From positions 2,236,987 to 2,300,986 of the forward strand of contig NZ_CP101823.1 of assembly GCF_024498175.1 (NCBI RefSeq): DNA of 64,000 nucleotides, in the 5' to 3' direction. Both the position numbers and the translations under genes were made by a program. A model generated the notes under the pieces. The model saw nothing but the letters and a program-made list of their open reading frames with translations. It did no database searches and had not been told where the DNA came from. The DNA is from Haloplanus salinarum. GTDB taxonomy: Archaea; Halobacteriota; Halobacteria; Halobacteriales; Haloferacaceae. Shown here piece by piece: positions 35,667-45,221 of this stretch (positions within the stretch are counted from its first letter, which is position 1; each line of letters opens with the position of its first letter).

Positions 35667-37220
35667 ATGAGTTGTCAGGCACCGGGGATGCTCGGGGACG
35701 ACGGTCCGGTCGACGATCGGGTCGCCAGGACCGAAGTGTTGGCTCGGGCGTTCGCCGACGCGGCAGGGGAGTTTTTCGAACGGCGGAAACAGTACGAGGA
35801 CGCCATCGAGGAGGCCGAATCCGAGAAAGATCGGATGAAAATGATCGGAATCGGAGGAGTCGGCGTCGGGGTCCTCCTCCTCGTGGTCGGCGTCGCCGGC
35901 GGGAACGGGGCGTCGCTTCCGCTGATCGGGATCGGACTGCTGGTCGCCGCTGCGGGCGGCGCGTACGCGTACACACAGTACCAGGCGGCCGAGGAACGGA
36001 TCGAGGAGAACCGCCGGAACCTCCGGGAGAACGAACCCGACGGGGAGGTGTCGTTCGTCTCGCAGGTGACGGTCCCGTTCTATCTGGTCCCGTACCAGGA
36101 GCGGTTCATGATCTTCGACGGCCTCGATCAGGCCCCCGAAACGCGACTGGAGCTCGCGAACATCGACGGCGACGCACTGACGAGCGAGGCCGAGCGGTAC
36201 GGGGAGATGATCGACACCTTCGAGGAGACGCTCGGCGGTGAGTCGGTCGTCTCGCCGGAGTTCGCCGAGCAGTTCGCGCCGGACGTGGCGGAACACGGAC
36301 GGCTCGAACGGCCGTTGCTCGATCGGATCGACGCGATGACCGACGTCGCGTCGTCCGTCTCCCACGACGTGGTCGACGTGAACGTCCACGCGAACGACGC
36401 GAAAAGCGAGAGCATCCGGACCTTCGCCGAGCGCGGGGCGTTCCGGGAGGGGAGCGACCTGCCGAGCGTGCCGACCCGGCGGTCGGCGGCCGAGAGCGAG
36501 GCGGCGGTCGACGAGATCCGCGGCGTCGAACAGGAGGCAGTGAGCGGCGACCTGCTCTCGCAGGCCCGCGAACAGCGGACGTTCGTCAACGAGACGGCGA
36601 CCGAGTTCGCCGAGCGACTCCAGACGAACGAGGAGGCGGTGAACGACCACTACGGCGCCTACGCCGAGTCGGCGGAGACGGCCGTCCACCGCCACGTCTG
36701 TGCGGAGTGTCTCGCGGAACGCATCGAGGACATCGACGGTCGCCTCGATCTGGTGTCCGAGATCCTCAGTTCGGAGACGGGGAGCCTGGGTGCGGCGCTG
36801 AGCGACCGCGACCTCGACGAGGGGTACGACGGCAAGTTCACCGAGAAGATCCGCAACGACATCCAGCGGGAGATTCCCGAACTCTCGGAGACGCTCAAGC
36901 GGGCGTACAACACCCTGCCGGAGCTGGGCGCCGGCGGCGGACACTGTGAGGTCCACGGCGAGGTGCAGACGACGCCGGTCCCCGACGGCGGCGCCATCTT
37001 CGGCGAAACCTGGCGGAGCCTCTACTACGCGTTCCGCGAACCGATCATGGAGAGCGCCGACGACCTCGAACGCGACGCCGAGGAGGTCAGACAGAACAAA
37101 GAGCAGAAGATGATCGACATGACACAGTACGAACAGATCAAGGAGCGGGCCGAGCGCGACTACCACCAGGTCAGGTCGGATTACGAGGCCGCGAAGACGG
37201 TCCAACGGAGGCTCCGCTAA
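35667..37220 (+). CDS. membrane-anchored coiled-coil protein, first gene of a six-gene operon
   Basis: TM segment IGIGGVGVGVLLLVVGVAG...LIGIGLLVAAAGGAY; TATA-like tttatg ~27 nt upstream of ATG 35667. Confidence 0.6.
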   Translation: MSCQAPGMLGDDGPVDDRVARTEVLARAFADAAGEFFERRKQYEDAIEEAESEKDRMKMIGIGGVGVGVLLLVVGVAGGNGASLPLIGIGLLVAAAGGAYAYTQYQAAEERIEENRRNLRENEPDGEVSFVSQVTVPFYLVPYQERFMIFDGLDQAPETRLELANIDGDALTSEAERYGEMIDTFEETLGGESVVSPEFAEQFAPDVAEHGRLERPLLDRIDAMTDVASSVSHDVVDVNVHANDAKSESIRTFAERGAFREGSDLPSVPTRRSAAESEAAVDEIRGVEQEAVSGDLLSQAREQRTFVNETATEFAERLQTNEEAVNDHYGAYAESAETAVHRHVCAECLAERIEDIDGRLDLVSEILSSETGSLGAALSDRDLDEGYDGKFTEKIRNDIQREIPELSETLKRAYNTLPELGAGGGHCEVHGEVQTTPVPDGGAIFGETWRSLYYAFREPIMESADDLERDAEEVRQNKEQKMIDMTQYEQIKERAERDYHQVRSDYEAAKTVQRRLR

Positions 37221-38209
37221 TGGCCGAGCGCGACAGGGTTCGGATCACGAATCCGGGCGACGTCGGGGACGCCGCGGCCAGGGGCATCAAGAGTCAGATC
37301 TCCAAGCTCAACAGTTCGATCGAACAGACAAACCGGGAGATTCAGAACCTCGAGAAGCGCATCGGGGAACTGGAGCAGAGTTTCGCGCGGATCGAACAGA
37401 CGAAGGCAGCGGCCCGGGCGGAGGCGATGGAGGACCTGGTCGACGATCTCAAAGAACAGGTCGACGAGAAGCGCGCGGAGTTCCAGCGGCGCCGACGCGA
37501 CGTGCTGGAGGATTACCGCGACAGCATCCGGCGGCTGAAGGACCGGTTCGTCGGGACCATCTCCGGCAACCGCGAGCAGTTCGATCAGGTGGAGTCTGAA
37601 CTCGCCGATATCGAGGAGCGTCGAGGGGAGACGGCGGCGGCCGCGGGCCGGTTGAGCGACGGGGCAGCCCGGGAGTACGATCGGCGTCTCGACGCGGTGA
37701 TCGAGAGCCGGAACGGCTTCCTGTCGGCGATCAACGACTTCCTCGACGACCGCGAGACGACGGCGGAGACCATCGACTCGCTCCAGACGCCGCTGCCCGG
37801 CGTCTCGGGAGTGACGACCGTCGAGGTGCCGTTCTGGGTGGTCGGCATCGAGCGCGACGGCCGGGAGGAGGTCCGGGTGTTGCCGGTACTGGCACGCGGG
37901 AGCGGCGACGCGTCGGCGACGCGCGCCCAGCCGTACGTGAACTACCTCCGGGAGCATCCGACCCACAGCTACGGCGACATGGCCGACGCGGTGTCGGAGT
38001 ACGTCCGGCGAGACGAGGTCCGGGACCGGCTGGCCAAACAGGACGGCGAGTTCGCCGACCCGGACGTCCTCCGGCGGCGCGACGAGACGCTCGATCGGTT
38101 CGTCGACGCGCTGGCGGAGTACCAGCTGGACGGAGACGACCGATCCGGGGAGGCGTCCGGGAGGGCGACCGACGCGGCGGAGCAAACGGAGGTGGCGGCG
38201 GATGACTGA
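37220..38209 (+). CDS. coiled-coil protein (operon gene 2)
   Basis: start ATG overlaps stop TAA of gene 1; N-terminal heptad-rich region. Confidence 0.6.
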   Translation: MAERDRVRITNPGDVGDAAARGIKSQISKLNSSIEQTNREIQNLEKRIGELEQSFARIEQTKAAARAEAMEDLVDDLKEQVDEKRAEFQRRRRDVLEDYRDSIRRLKDRFVGTISGNREQFDQVESELADIEERRGETAAAAGRLSDGAAREYDRRLDAVIESRNGFLSAINDFLDDRETTAETIDSLQTPLPGVSGVTTVEVPFWVVGIERDGREEVRVLPVLARGSGDASATRAQPYVNYLREHPTHSYGDMADAVSEYVRRDEVRDRLAKQDGEFADPDVLRRRDETLDRFVDALAEYQLDGDDRSGEASGRATDAAEQTEVAADD

Positions 38210-39353
38210 GGAGGCGAAGGGCGCGATCACCTCGGAGAAGATCGAGACGGATAACACGAACTTCGCGACGGTCAGAGCCGACCAGACCTGCGAGGAGGTG
38301 CTCGTCCCGCGGGAGAACGCGTACCGACAGCTCAACTGGCAGATCACCTTCGAGAAGGGCTCGGTCTACAAGCCACAGGAGGACGTGGGCATCTACGCCG
38401 ACGAGGTCGACTGCAAGTACGGCGTCCAGATCCGGGGGGACGTGTTCGGCCGGAGCGCGGTCGGGCTCGAACACGGCGGCGCGGCCCACTCCGGCGCCGA
38501 CCGTGCGGACGGGGAGACGCCGGTCGTCGGTGCGCGGGTCATCGGGTCGGTGCTCTCGGATGGACAGGTCGACATCACGGAACCCGCGTCGCGGATGGAC
38601 GACTGGGAGCCACGCCCGGTCCGGGTGTACGGCGACGTGGTCGGCGATCACGTGACGGTCGAGGCGCCGACGGTCGTCTACGGGACGGTGAGCGCCGAGA
38701 CGACCCTGCGGGCGAACGCCCCGCTGGTCGTGGTCGGCGACGTGCGCTCGGAGGGGATCATCGAGGCGTCGGACCTGTTCGCGTTCTCGGTGAGCGCTCG
38801 GGACGACGTGACCCTCGGCCACAACGTCGCGGTGATCAACCCGGAGCTCCGCTCGGACGAGGGGAGCCTGACCATCGCGGACCGGGTGGGCGTCCTCACC
38901 CCCGACCTCCTGGAGCGGATTCACGAGGGGAACGACGTCGACGCGGTCGGGCCGTGGGTGTTCGACGTCGACGCCGTCTGGGAGGGGTCGGTCCTGGTGC
39001 CCCCCGACGTCTCGGATCACGGGCAGGGCCAGGTCACCAGCCGCGCCTGGCGGACCGTCGAGGAACCGACGGAGTCGCGGTCGAAGGCGCGCCGGCTCTT
39101 CGAGTCGATGATCGAGCGGACGCGCAAACGGCCGCCGGACTTAGAGGAGTTCCGGTACGCCGGCGTCGGGTCGGCCGCCGGCGGGACGGAGATCACCGTC
39201 GAGGGCGACATGGTCGTCGGGGAACAGGAGAAACGCGTCGACGAGAGCACGACCGCGGTCGACCGGAGCACGGAGGTCCACGACGAGAGCACGACCGTCG
39301 AGGACAGCGTCGTCAACCGGTCTGACCTGAGCGACGGCGACGGGGAGGACTGA
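38202..39353 (+). CDS. bactofilin-like beta-helix protein with C-terminal STT-VD repeat tail (operon gene 3)
   Basis: recurrent VxGDV motifs (GVQIRGDVFG, GARVIGSVLSDGQVDI, VRVYGDVVGDHVTV, LVVVGDVRSEGIIE) with ~17-18 aa period; tail VVGEQEKRVDESTTAVDRSTEVHDESTTVEDSVVNRSD; 8-nt overlap with gene 2. Confidence 0.5.
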   Translation: MTEEAKGAITSEKIETDNTNFATVRADQTCEEVLVPRENAYRQLNWQITFEKGSVYKPQEDVGIYADEVDCKYGVQIRGDVFGRSAVGLEHGGAAHSGADRADGETPVVGARVIGSVLSDGQVDITEPASRMDDWEPRPVRVYGDVVGDHVTVEAPTVVYGTVSAETTLRANAPLVVVGDVRSEGIIEASDLFAFSVSARDDVTLGHNVAVINPELRSDEGSLTIADRVGVLTPDLLERIHEGNDVDAVGPWVFDVDAVWEGSVLVPPDVSDHGQGQVTSRAWRTVEEPTESRSKARRLFESMIERTRKRPPDLEEFRYAGVGSAAGGTEITVEGDMVVGEQEKRVDESTTAVDRSTEVHDESTTVEDSVVNRSDLSDGDGED

Positions 39354-39355
39354 CC

Positions 39356-39946
39356 GTGCCCTACTGTGATCGACACAACGAGGTGTACAGCGGCCCGGAA
39401 TGTCCGGCCTGCGCGGACGAGGGCGGGGACACGGCACCCGCCGAGGACGGGCCGGGCGCGGGCGGGGACGCCGGCGCGGCCGGGGGCATCGACGACCTGG
39501 TCGACGAGGCCGTCTCGGCCGCGACGGACGCCGTCGACGACGCGGACGACGTGGTCGTCGGGGAGCAGTCGAAACGCGTCGACAGGAGCACAACCGTCGT
39601 CGACGACAGCACCGAGGTCCACGACCGGAGCACGACCGTCTCGGACAGCGTCGTCAGCGACTCGGAGATCGACGCCGGCGACGGCGCCGGCGAGGGGACG
39701 ACCGTCGTCGACGACAGCGTCGTCAGCGACTCCACGGTCGGCGGCGGGGGGGAGACCGAAGTCGAGGACAGCGTCCTCGACGACGCGACCGTCGGGGACG
39801 AACACGTCGAGTCGGCGGTCGGCGACGTCGGCGGTGGGTCGGACCCCGATCCGGCGACCGACGACGACGCGGCGTTCTGCATCTACTGTGGCACCGAGAT
39901 TCCGGCGACCGCGGGGTTCTGTCCGGCCTGCGGGGAGGAACAGTGA
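39356..39946 (+). CDS. double-zinc-ribbon protein with STT-VD repeat module (operon gene 4)
   Basis: N-terminus CDRHNEVYSGPECPAC; VVVGEQSKRVDRSTTVVDDSTEVHDRSTTVSDSVVSDS; C-terminus FCIYCGTEIPATAGFCPACGEEQ; 2-nt gap after gene 3. Confidence 0.6.
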   Translation: MPYCDRHNEVYSGPECPACADEGGDTAPAEDGPGAGGDAGAAGGIDDLVDEAVSAATDAVDDADDVVVGEQSKRVDRSTTVVDDSTEVHDRSTTVSDSVVSDSEIDAGDGAGEGTTVVDDSVVSDSTVGGGGETEVEDSVLDDATVGDEHVESAVGDVGGGSDPDPATDDDAAFCIYCGTEIPATAGFCPACGEEQ

Positions 39947-39980
39947 GGGACGTCCACAAGACACTTACGCGGCCTCGGAG

Positions 39981-40811
39981 ATGGCGAACCAACGGACGCG
40001 ACGGAGGGAGGTCCGCATGAACGACATCGTCAGCGAACTCCGGACACAGGCACTCGAATCGACGTACGGCGAAGACCGCCGGGACGCCCTAGAGCGACTG
40101 GCCGACCGGTACGACGAGGCCGGCGAGGCCGAGCGTCGGGAGATCCGACAGACGCTCGCCGACGTGGCGCGGGACGCCACCCACAAGGAGGAGCGCGAAC
40201 TGGCGCGCGAGCGCCTCGACGACCTCTACGAACGCGACTCGGCGGCCGCGGGGACGGTCGTCGGCACCTACTGCTGGCTGGCCACCGAGGCGGACTACTC
40301 GGGGGAGCGCGAGGCCGCCCTCGACCGCCTGCGGCGGATCGGCCGGTCGGGGGTGTCGGCCGACCTCCGGGACCGGATCGCCGACACCTTCGAGACGGTG
40401 ACGGCGGAGGCGACCTACAGCGCCGAACGCGAACAGGCTCGTCGAGGGCTATCGGAACTGCCCGACGGTGGCGACGCGGACGCGGACGCGGGCGGTGGCG
40501 GTGGCGGGGCGGGCGCGTCCGAGAGCGGCGACGCCTACCTCGCCGTCTCGCTCACCGAACACCTCGTGGCCGCCCGGACCGAGGGCGCCGACGCGTGTCT
40601 CGGCCGCGCGGAGGAACTCCACGACTTCGTCGACCGCCATCCCGTCGACGACGACGCCTACGGGGAGGTCCGCGACGACCTGTCGTCGCTGGTCGACCAG
40701 TTGAGCGTCGTCGCCGACGGGCAGTCGTCGCTCGGCGAGGAGCGCCGGACGCAGGTCGAACGGGTGGCCGATCGGACCAAGCGACTCTACCTCCGAAGCG
40801 GCGACGACTGA
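39981..40811 (+). CDS. alpha-helical HEAT-like repeat protein (operon gene 5; alternative start 40017)
   Basis: three ~40-aa repeats YGEDRRDALERLADRY / YSGEREAALDRLRRIG / YSAEREQARRGLSEL. Confidence 0.5.
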   Translation: MANQRTRRREVRMNDIVSELRTQALESTYGEDRRDALERLADRYDEAGEAERREIRQTLADVARDATHKEERELARERLDDLYERDSAAAGTVVGTYCWLATEADYSGEREAALDRLRRIGRSGVSADLRDRIADTFETVTAEATYSAEREQARRGLSELPDGGDADADAGGGGGGAGASESGDAYLAVSLTEHLVAARTEGADACLGRAEELHDFVDRHPVDDDAYGEVRDDLSSLVDQLSVVADGQSSLGEERRTQVERVADRTKRLYLRSGDD

Positions 40812-40853
40812 CCGACCGGCACGTCTTTCAGCGCCGCCCGGGAACGAGCTGTC

Positions 40854-42206
40854 ATGTCGAACGGTTCGGATGAGGGCGTCAGCGTCGGCGTGCTGTCGCT
40901 CCACAACAGCAAGGAGACGAAGGCGATTCTGAACGCGGTCGAGGACCTCGGCCACGATCCGGTGTGGCTCCGACAGGAGAACACGACCGTGACCATCGAG
41001 GACAGCACGGTCACGGTCGAACCGGACGTCGACGTGGTCGCGAACCGGCTTCTCCTCTCGACGACGGGCGATCCCGCGGAGTTGCTGGGGCTGGCGACGA
41101 CGTTCGAGCGGATCCGGCCGATGCTGAACGAGCCGGACGCGGTGTTGACCGCGATCCACAAGTTCGCGACGGCGGCGACGCTCGCCGACTGGAACGTACA
41201 GGTGCCCGACGCCTTCCTGGCGCTGTCGAACGAGGGACTCAACGAGGGGCGGGAACGGTTCGGCGACGTGGCCGTCTACAAGACCGCCATCGGCACCCAC
41301 GGCGGCGGGACCTGGAAGGTCGACCTGACGGAGCCGGTCAATCCGCGGGTGGGCAACCGCCAGGCGTTCCTCCAGGAACTCGTGGAGCGCGACGAGAGCG
41401 AACACCGCGACCTGCGGGTGTACGTCGTCGACGACGAGATCGTCGGCGCGATGTACCGTTACGCGCCGGAGGGTGACTGGCGGACCAACGTCGCCCTGGG
41501 CGGGGCCGTGGCCGACGCCAGCGACGACCTCCCGGAGACGGCCGCGGAGACGGCGCTGTACACGACCGAGGTGATGGGACTCGACTACGCCGGCGTCGAC
41601 CTCATCGAGGGCGAGGACGGCTGGTTCGTCCTCGAGATCAATCCCACGGCGGGGTTCAAGGGTCTGTACGAGGCGACGGGGGTCAGTCCGGCGCCCCACA
41701 TCGCGAAACTGGCCATCGAGCGCGCCGGGGGGACGGTCGACGAGGAGCGCGTCCGACACCTCGCGGCGACGCTCGACGACTCGACGCCGGCGTGCAAGCC
41801 ACGGACCCTCCCGCCGGAACAGGAGGATCTCCCGCTCATCGGCTACATCGAGGAGGTGATCGTCAGCGGGACGAGCGGGTCGACGCAGGTGATGGCCAAA
41901 TCCGACACCGGGGCGACGCGGACCAGCATCGACACGGGGTTGGCCGCCGACATCGGCGCGGGACCGATCAAGAGCATGACGCGGGTCCGATCGGGGAGCG
42001 TCAAGTCGGGGAAGGCCCGGCCGGTCGTCGACCTGGTCGTCGGTATCGGGGGCACCCAACACACCGTCACGGCGAGCGTCGAGGATCGGAGCCACATGGA
42101 CTACCCCGTGTTGCTCGGCCGGGACGTGCTGGAGCGGTACCGCGTCGACGTGCGACGCCGCGCCGACGGCGAGGAGCGCGACGGGAGCGAGGTGCTGGAG
42201 GAGTAG
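40854..42206 (+). CDS. RimK-family ATP-grasp ligase fused to C-terminal retropepsin-like aspartic protease domain
   Basis: ATP-grasp motifs (VAVYKTAIGTHGGGTWKV, GLDYAGVDLIEGEDGWFVLEINPTAG); C-terminus VMAKSDTGATRTSID...VLLGRDVLERYRVDV matches the retropepsin-like domain of RimK-associated proteases. Confidence 0.7.
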   Translation: MSNGSDEGVSVGVLSLHNSKETKAILNAVEDLGHDPVWLRQENTTVTIEDSTVTVEPDVDVVANRLLLSTTGDPAELLGLATTFERIRPMLNEPDAVLTAIHKFATAATLADWNVQVPDAFLALSNEGLNEGRERFGDVAVYKTAIGTHGGGTWKVDLTEPVNPRVGNRQAFLQELVERDESEHRDLRVYVVDDEIVGAMYRYAPEGDWRTNVALGGAVADASDDLPETAAETALYTTEVMGLDYAGVDLIEGEDGWFVLEINPTAGFKGLYEATGVSPAPHIAKLAIERAGGTVDEERVRHLAATLDDSTPACKPRTLPPEQEDLPLIGYIEEVIVSGTSGSTQVMAKSDTGATRTSIDTGLAADIGAGPIKSMTRVRSGSVKSGKARPVVDLVVGIGGTQHTVTASVEDRSHMDYPVLLGRDVLERYRVDVRRRADGEERDGSEVLEE

Positions 42207-42239
42207 ATTTTTCAGCCTCGTTCCGGAACCGGTCGGGCG

Positions 42240-43295
42240 ATGACCCCGCTGGAACTGACCGTTCGGCTCGTCGCCGGCGTCCTCCTCATCCTGGCGAACG
42301 GCTTTTTCGTCGCTATCGAGTTCGCGCTCACGCGGGTCCGCCAGTACCCCGAATCCGAGTTCGACACGCCGGCGCTGCGTCGCGCGTGGGAGATGACACA
42401 GGACCTCGAGATCTATCTCACGAGCTGTCAGGTCGGCATCACCGCCTCCAGCATCGCGGTGGGTATCGTCGCCGAACCGGCGCTCGCCGCGCTGTTCGAG
42501 CCGGTCTTCGCGGGGAGTGCTCTGGCCGGCGTGGGGCTCGGCGCGCTGATCGCGTACGCGATCATCAACCTCCTCCATCTGACCCACGGGGAGCAGACGC
42601 CGACGTATCTCGGCGTCGAGCGCTCGAAGTTCGTCTGTCGGTACGGCGCCCGCCCACTCTACTGGTTCGCGTGGCTCATCTCGCCGGTGATGCGGATCGG
42701 CGACGGCGTGGCGAAGGCGACGCTCAAGCTGTTCGGCATCGAGATGACGGGGGCGTGGCTGGAGACCGAAGAGGAGGTGATCGAGTCGCGGGCGGACCTG
42801 CGCAACCGCCTCGGGTCCCTGCTCGCCGAGGGCGACCTCCCCGAGGAGCGCCAGGAGGAGGTGCTCAACGCGCTCGAAGTCGGCGAGACGGCGGTCGAGG
42901 AGGTGATGACCGACGCCGCGGACGTCGTCTCGCTGTCGACGACCGACTCCGTCGCTGAGAACCTGGCGGCGATCAGCGAGACGCCACACACCAGATTCCC
43001 GCTGTTCGGCGAGGACCAGTCCGACTTCCGGGGGATCGTCTACACGCCGTCGATCGTCACCCACATGGACGCCCTCGAAGCGGGGGACCGGACGTTCGAG
43101 GAGATCGCGGCCCCGCCGATGACGGTCACGGCCGACACCAGCCTCAGCGACGCCTTCGACCAGTTCCAGGCCGAGGATCAGGAACTCGCGCTGGTGCTAG
43201 CGGACGGCGAAGTGCGCGGTCTCGTCACCGCGACGGACACGCTAGAGGCCGTGATGGGCGAACTCGAGGACCCGCTGGACCGGGTATACGGCTAG
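42240..43295 (+). CDS. CNNM/CorC/HlyC-family transporter-associated protein (DUF21 + CBS pair)
   Basis: MTPLELTVRLVAGVLLILANGFFVAIEFAL DUF21 start; CBS-like region; 351 aa. Confidence 0.75.
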   Translation: MTPLELTVRLVAGVLLILANGFFVAIEFALTRVRQYPESEFDTPALRRAWEMTQDLEIYLTSCQVGITASSIAVGIVAEPALAALFEPVFAGSALAGVGLGALIAYAIINLLHLTHGEQTPTYLGVERSKFVCRYGARPLYWFAWLISPVMRIGDGVAKATLKLFGIEMTGAWLETEEEVIESRADLRNRLGSLLAEGDLPEERQEEVLNALEVGETAVEEVMTDAADVVSLSTTDSVAENLAAISETPHTRFPLFGEDQSDFRGIVYTPSIVTHMDALEAGDRTFEEIAAPPMTVTADTSLSDAFDQFQAEDQELALVLADGEVRGLVTATDTLEAVMGELEDPLDRVYG

Positions 43296-43900
43296 TCCAC
43301 CACCCGCACTTCCTCGACGGCGTCGGCGACGTCCTCCTCGACCTGCCACAGGTAGAGACTGGCGTAACTGCGGTACGGCGCCCAGCGCTCGGCCCGTTCG
43401 GCCATCGCTTCGCGGCCGATGTCGCCGTACAGCGTCCGCATCCCCTTGCGAACTCCCAGATCTCCGACCGGGAACACGTCGGGACGACCGAGGGAGAACA
43501 TGAGCTGCATCTTCGCGGTCCACGTCCCGACCCCGGTGATGGCTGTGAGTTCGTCGATCACCGCCCGGTCGTCCATCCCCGCGAACGAGTCGAGCGTGTA
43601 GCCACGATCACGGAAGGCCGCCGCGACGTTCGTCACGTACCGCGTCTTCTGCCGGGACAGCCCCGCGTCACGGAGGGTATCCGTCTCCGCGTCGAGTACC
43701 CCCTCGGGGGTCACCTCGACCGCCTCGAAGAGGCGTCGCCGCGTGGCCGCCGCGGACGCCATCGACACCTGCTGGCGGAGGATGGAGACGACGAAGCGGG
43801 CGAAGAAGTCGTCGGCCGGATCGATCGAGAGGTGGCCGTGGCGCTCGATCAGCGGCCGGAAGTCGGGATCGGTCCGGAGGGCGTCGATTGCCTCGTCCAT
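43292..43900 (-). CDS. HhH-GPD superfamily DNA glycosylase (AlkA/3-methyladenine glycosylase II-like)
   Basis: ELTAITGVGTWTAKMQLMFSLGRPDVFPVGDLGV helix-hairpin-helix GPD motif with catalytic Asp. Confidence 0.7.
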   Translation of the reverse strand: MDEAIDALRTDPDFRPLIERHGHLSIDPADDFFARFVVSILRQQVSMASAAATRRRLFEAVEVTPEGVLDAETDTLRDAGLSRQKTRYVTNVAAAFRDRGYTLDSFAGMDDRAVIDELTAITGVGTWTAKMQLMFSLGRPDVFPVGDLGVRKGMRTLYGDIGREAMAERAERWAPYRSYASLYLWQVEEDVADAVEEVRVVD

Positions 43901-43948
43901 ACCGGCGGTGAGCGGGCCACGGTCATAAGCGGCCTGCCGCGAGCGCCG

Positions 43949-44473
43949 TCACGCGGTGTCGTCTCGGACGAGTTCCTTCTTGAACGTATAGCAGAACCGC
44001 TCCATACCGAGTTCGTCCTCGTAGAAACGGTGTGCGTCGCTCCGCCAGAGACCGGATTCGAGCGTGATGCTCTCGCAGTTTCGCTCGCGTGCCCAGTCCT
44101 CGAGGAACGCCATGAGACGGCTGCCGTGGCCCTCGGAACGGCGGTCGGTTCGCGTGACCAGATCGTACACGAACAGGTGGCGCCCGTTGTAGAAGTTCGT
44201 TCGGAGCGCGACGCCCGCGACGGAGACAGCCTCCCCGCGTCGGAAGAGCGCGAACAGGCGGTACCCCTCCTCGTGCATCCTGCGCAGCCGGTCGATGAAC
44301 TGGTCTTCGGACAGGTGTTCGCGGAGTTGACTGAGCACGGGAAACGCGGCACGCCACTCGGCTTCGGTCGTCAGTTCTCGAACGTCGGATGTGCTCACAC
44401 CGCACGGTTCGGGATCCGGTACCAAAACGGTATCCACCCCGTCGCACGGTCGGCGGACGGATCGGAGGGCCAC
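43949..44473 (-). CDS. GNAT family N-acetyltransferase (start may be an internal GTG near 44398)
   Basis: RRGEAVSVAGVA...GHGSRLMAFLEDWARERN acetyl-CoA binding motif A. Confidence 0.6.
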   Translation of the reverse strand: MALRSVRRPCDGVDTVLVPDPEPCGVSTSDVRELTTEAEWRAAFPVLSQLREHLSEDQFIDRLRRMHEEGYRLFALFRRGEAVSVAGVALRTNFYNGRHLFVYDLVTRTDRRSEGHGSRLMAFLEDWARERNCESITLESGLWRSDAHRFYEDELGMERFCYTFKKELVRDDTA

Positions 44474-44540
44474 CCCGCCATCGGTCGCCGGAGGGAGGCT
44501 CGACCACTGCGAGACCGGGTGGACAGTGCCGACGGTCCCG

Positions 44541-45221
44541 TCACGTTCCGGCCGGCGCCAGCGGATCGAAGTCGTCGGGTCGGTCGAACAGGCGGTGCGC
44601 GGCGGCGACGGCCCCCACCGAGAGGAGGAGCGTCGCGAGGATCAGCGGCACCCCGGGGTCGTACCGGAGCGGCGGGTGGTAGCCGAGCGCGTAGTCGAAG
44701 ACGTCGTTCAGGAGGAGGGCGGCGAGGGCGGCCTTCAGCGCCCGGTCGGTCGTCCGGCCGTAGTAGGGGATCACGAGCGCCTCGACGACGAACAGCAGGT
44801 GGGTGAGGACGATGCCCCAGTAGTCCCAGAGGGCGGCGCCGGCGAAGCCGAGATACTGTTCCGGGTGGAGGTTGAGGGCGACGACGGTCCAGAGGCCGTA
44901 CTTGACGAGCCAGACGAACGCGAAGGTGTGGAGGTAGACGAGCGGCGTGTTCGTCGGCGCGTCGGCGACGCGACGGCGGCCGAGGAGCGGCAGGAGCGTC
45001 GAAAGGGAGAGCGTCACGAGTGCGAGCGCGGTGGGGGAGTCGGCGAAAAGCGGGTAGAGGAAGGTGGGGAGGTCCGCGAGGGAGGTCGGCGAGGCATTGA
45101 CGTAGAAGCTGACGCCGACGAGGAAGGCGGCGCCGTTGGCGACCAGGAGCGTCGAGAGGCTGGGCGCGTTACCGAGGTAGTACTCCACGTATCGCCCGGC
45201 GTCGAACGAGACCGAGACCAT
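44541..45221 (-). CDS. polytopic membrane protein (DUF1405-like)
   Basis: ORF 44541..45494 trimmed to MVSVSFDAGRY; 6-7 TM helices. Confidence 0.55.
   Translation of the reverse strand: MVSVSFDAGRYVEYYLGNAPSLSTLLVANGAAFLVGVSFYVNASPTSLADLPTFLYPLFADSPTALALVTLSLSTLLPLLGRRRVADAPTNTPLVYLHTFAFVWLVKYGLWTVVALNLHPEQYLGFAGAALWDYWGIVLTHLLFVVEALVIPYYGRTTDRALKAALAALLLNDVFDYALGYHPPLRYDPGVPLILATLLLSVGAVAAAHRLFDRPDDFDPLAPAGT

Noticed and set aside
32910-36241. 677-aa, 644-aa and 522-aa ORFs (32910..34943 -, 34307..36241 +, 35637..37205 -) overlapping the kinase and operon gene 1
   Set aside because: High-GC artefact frames antisense to or out of frame with genes carrying clear PQQ/kinase motifs and TM/coiled-coil structure
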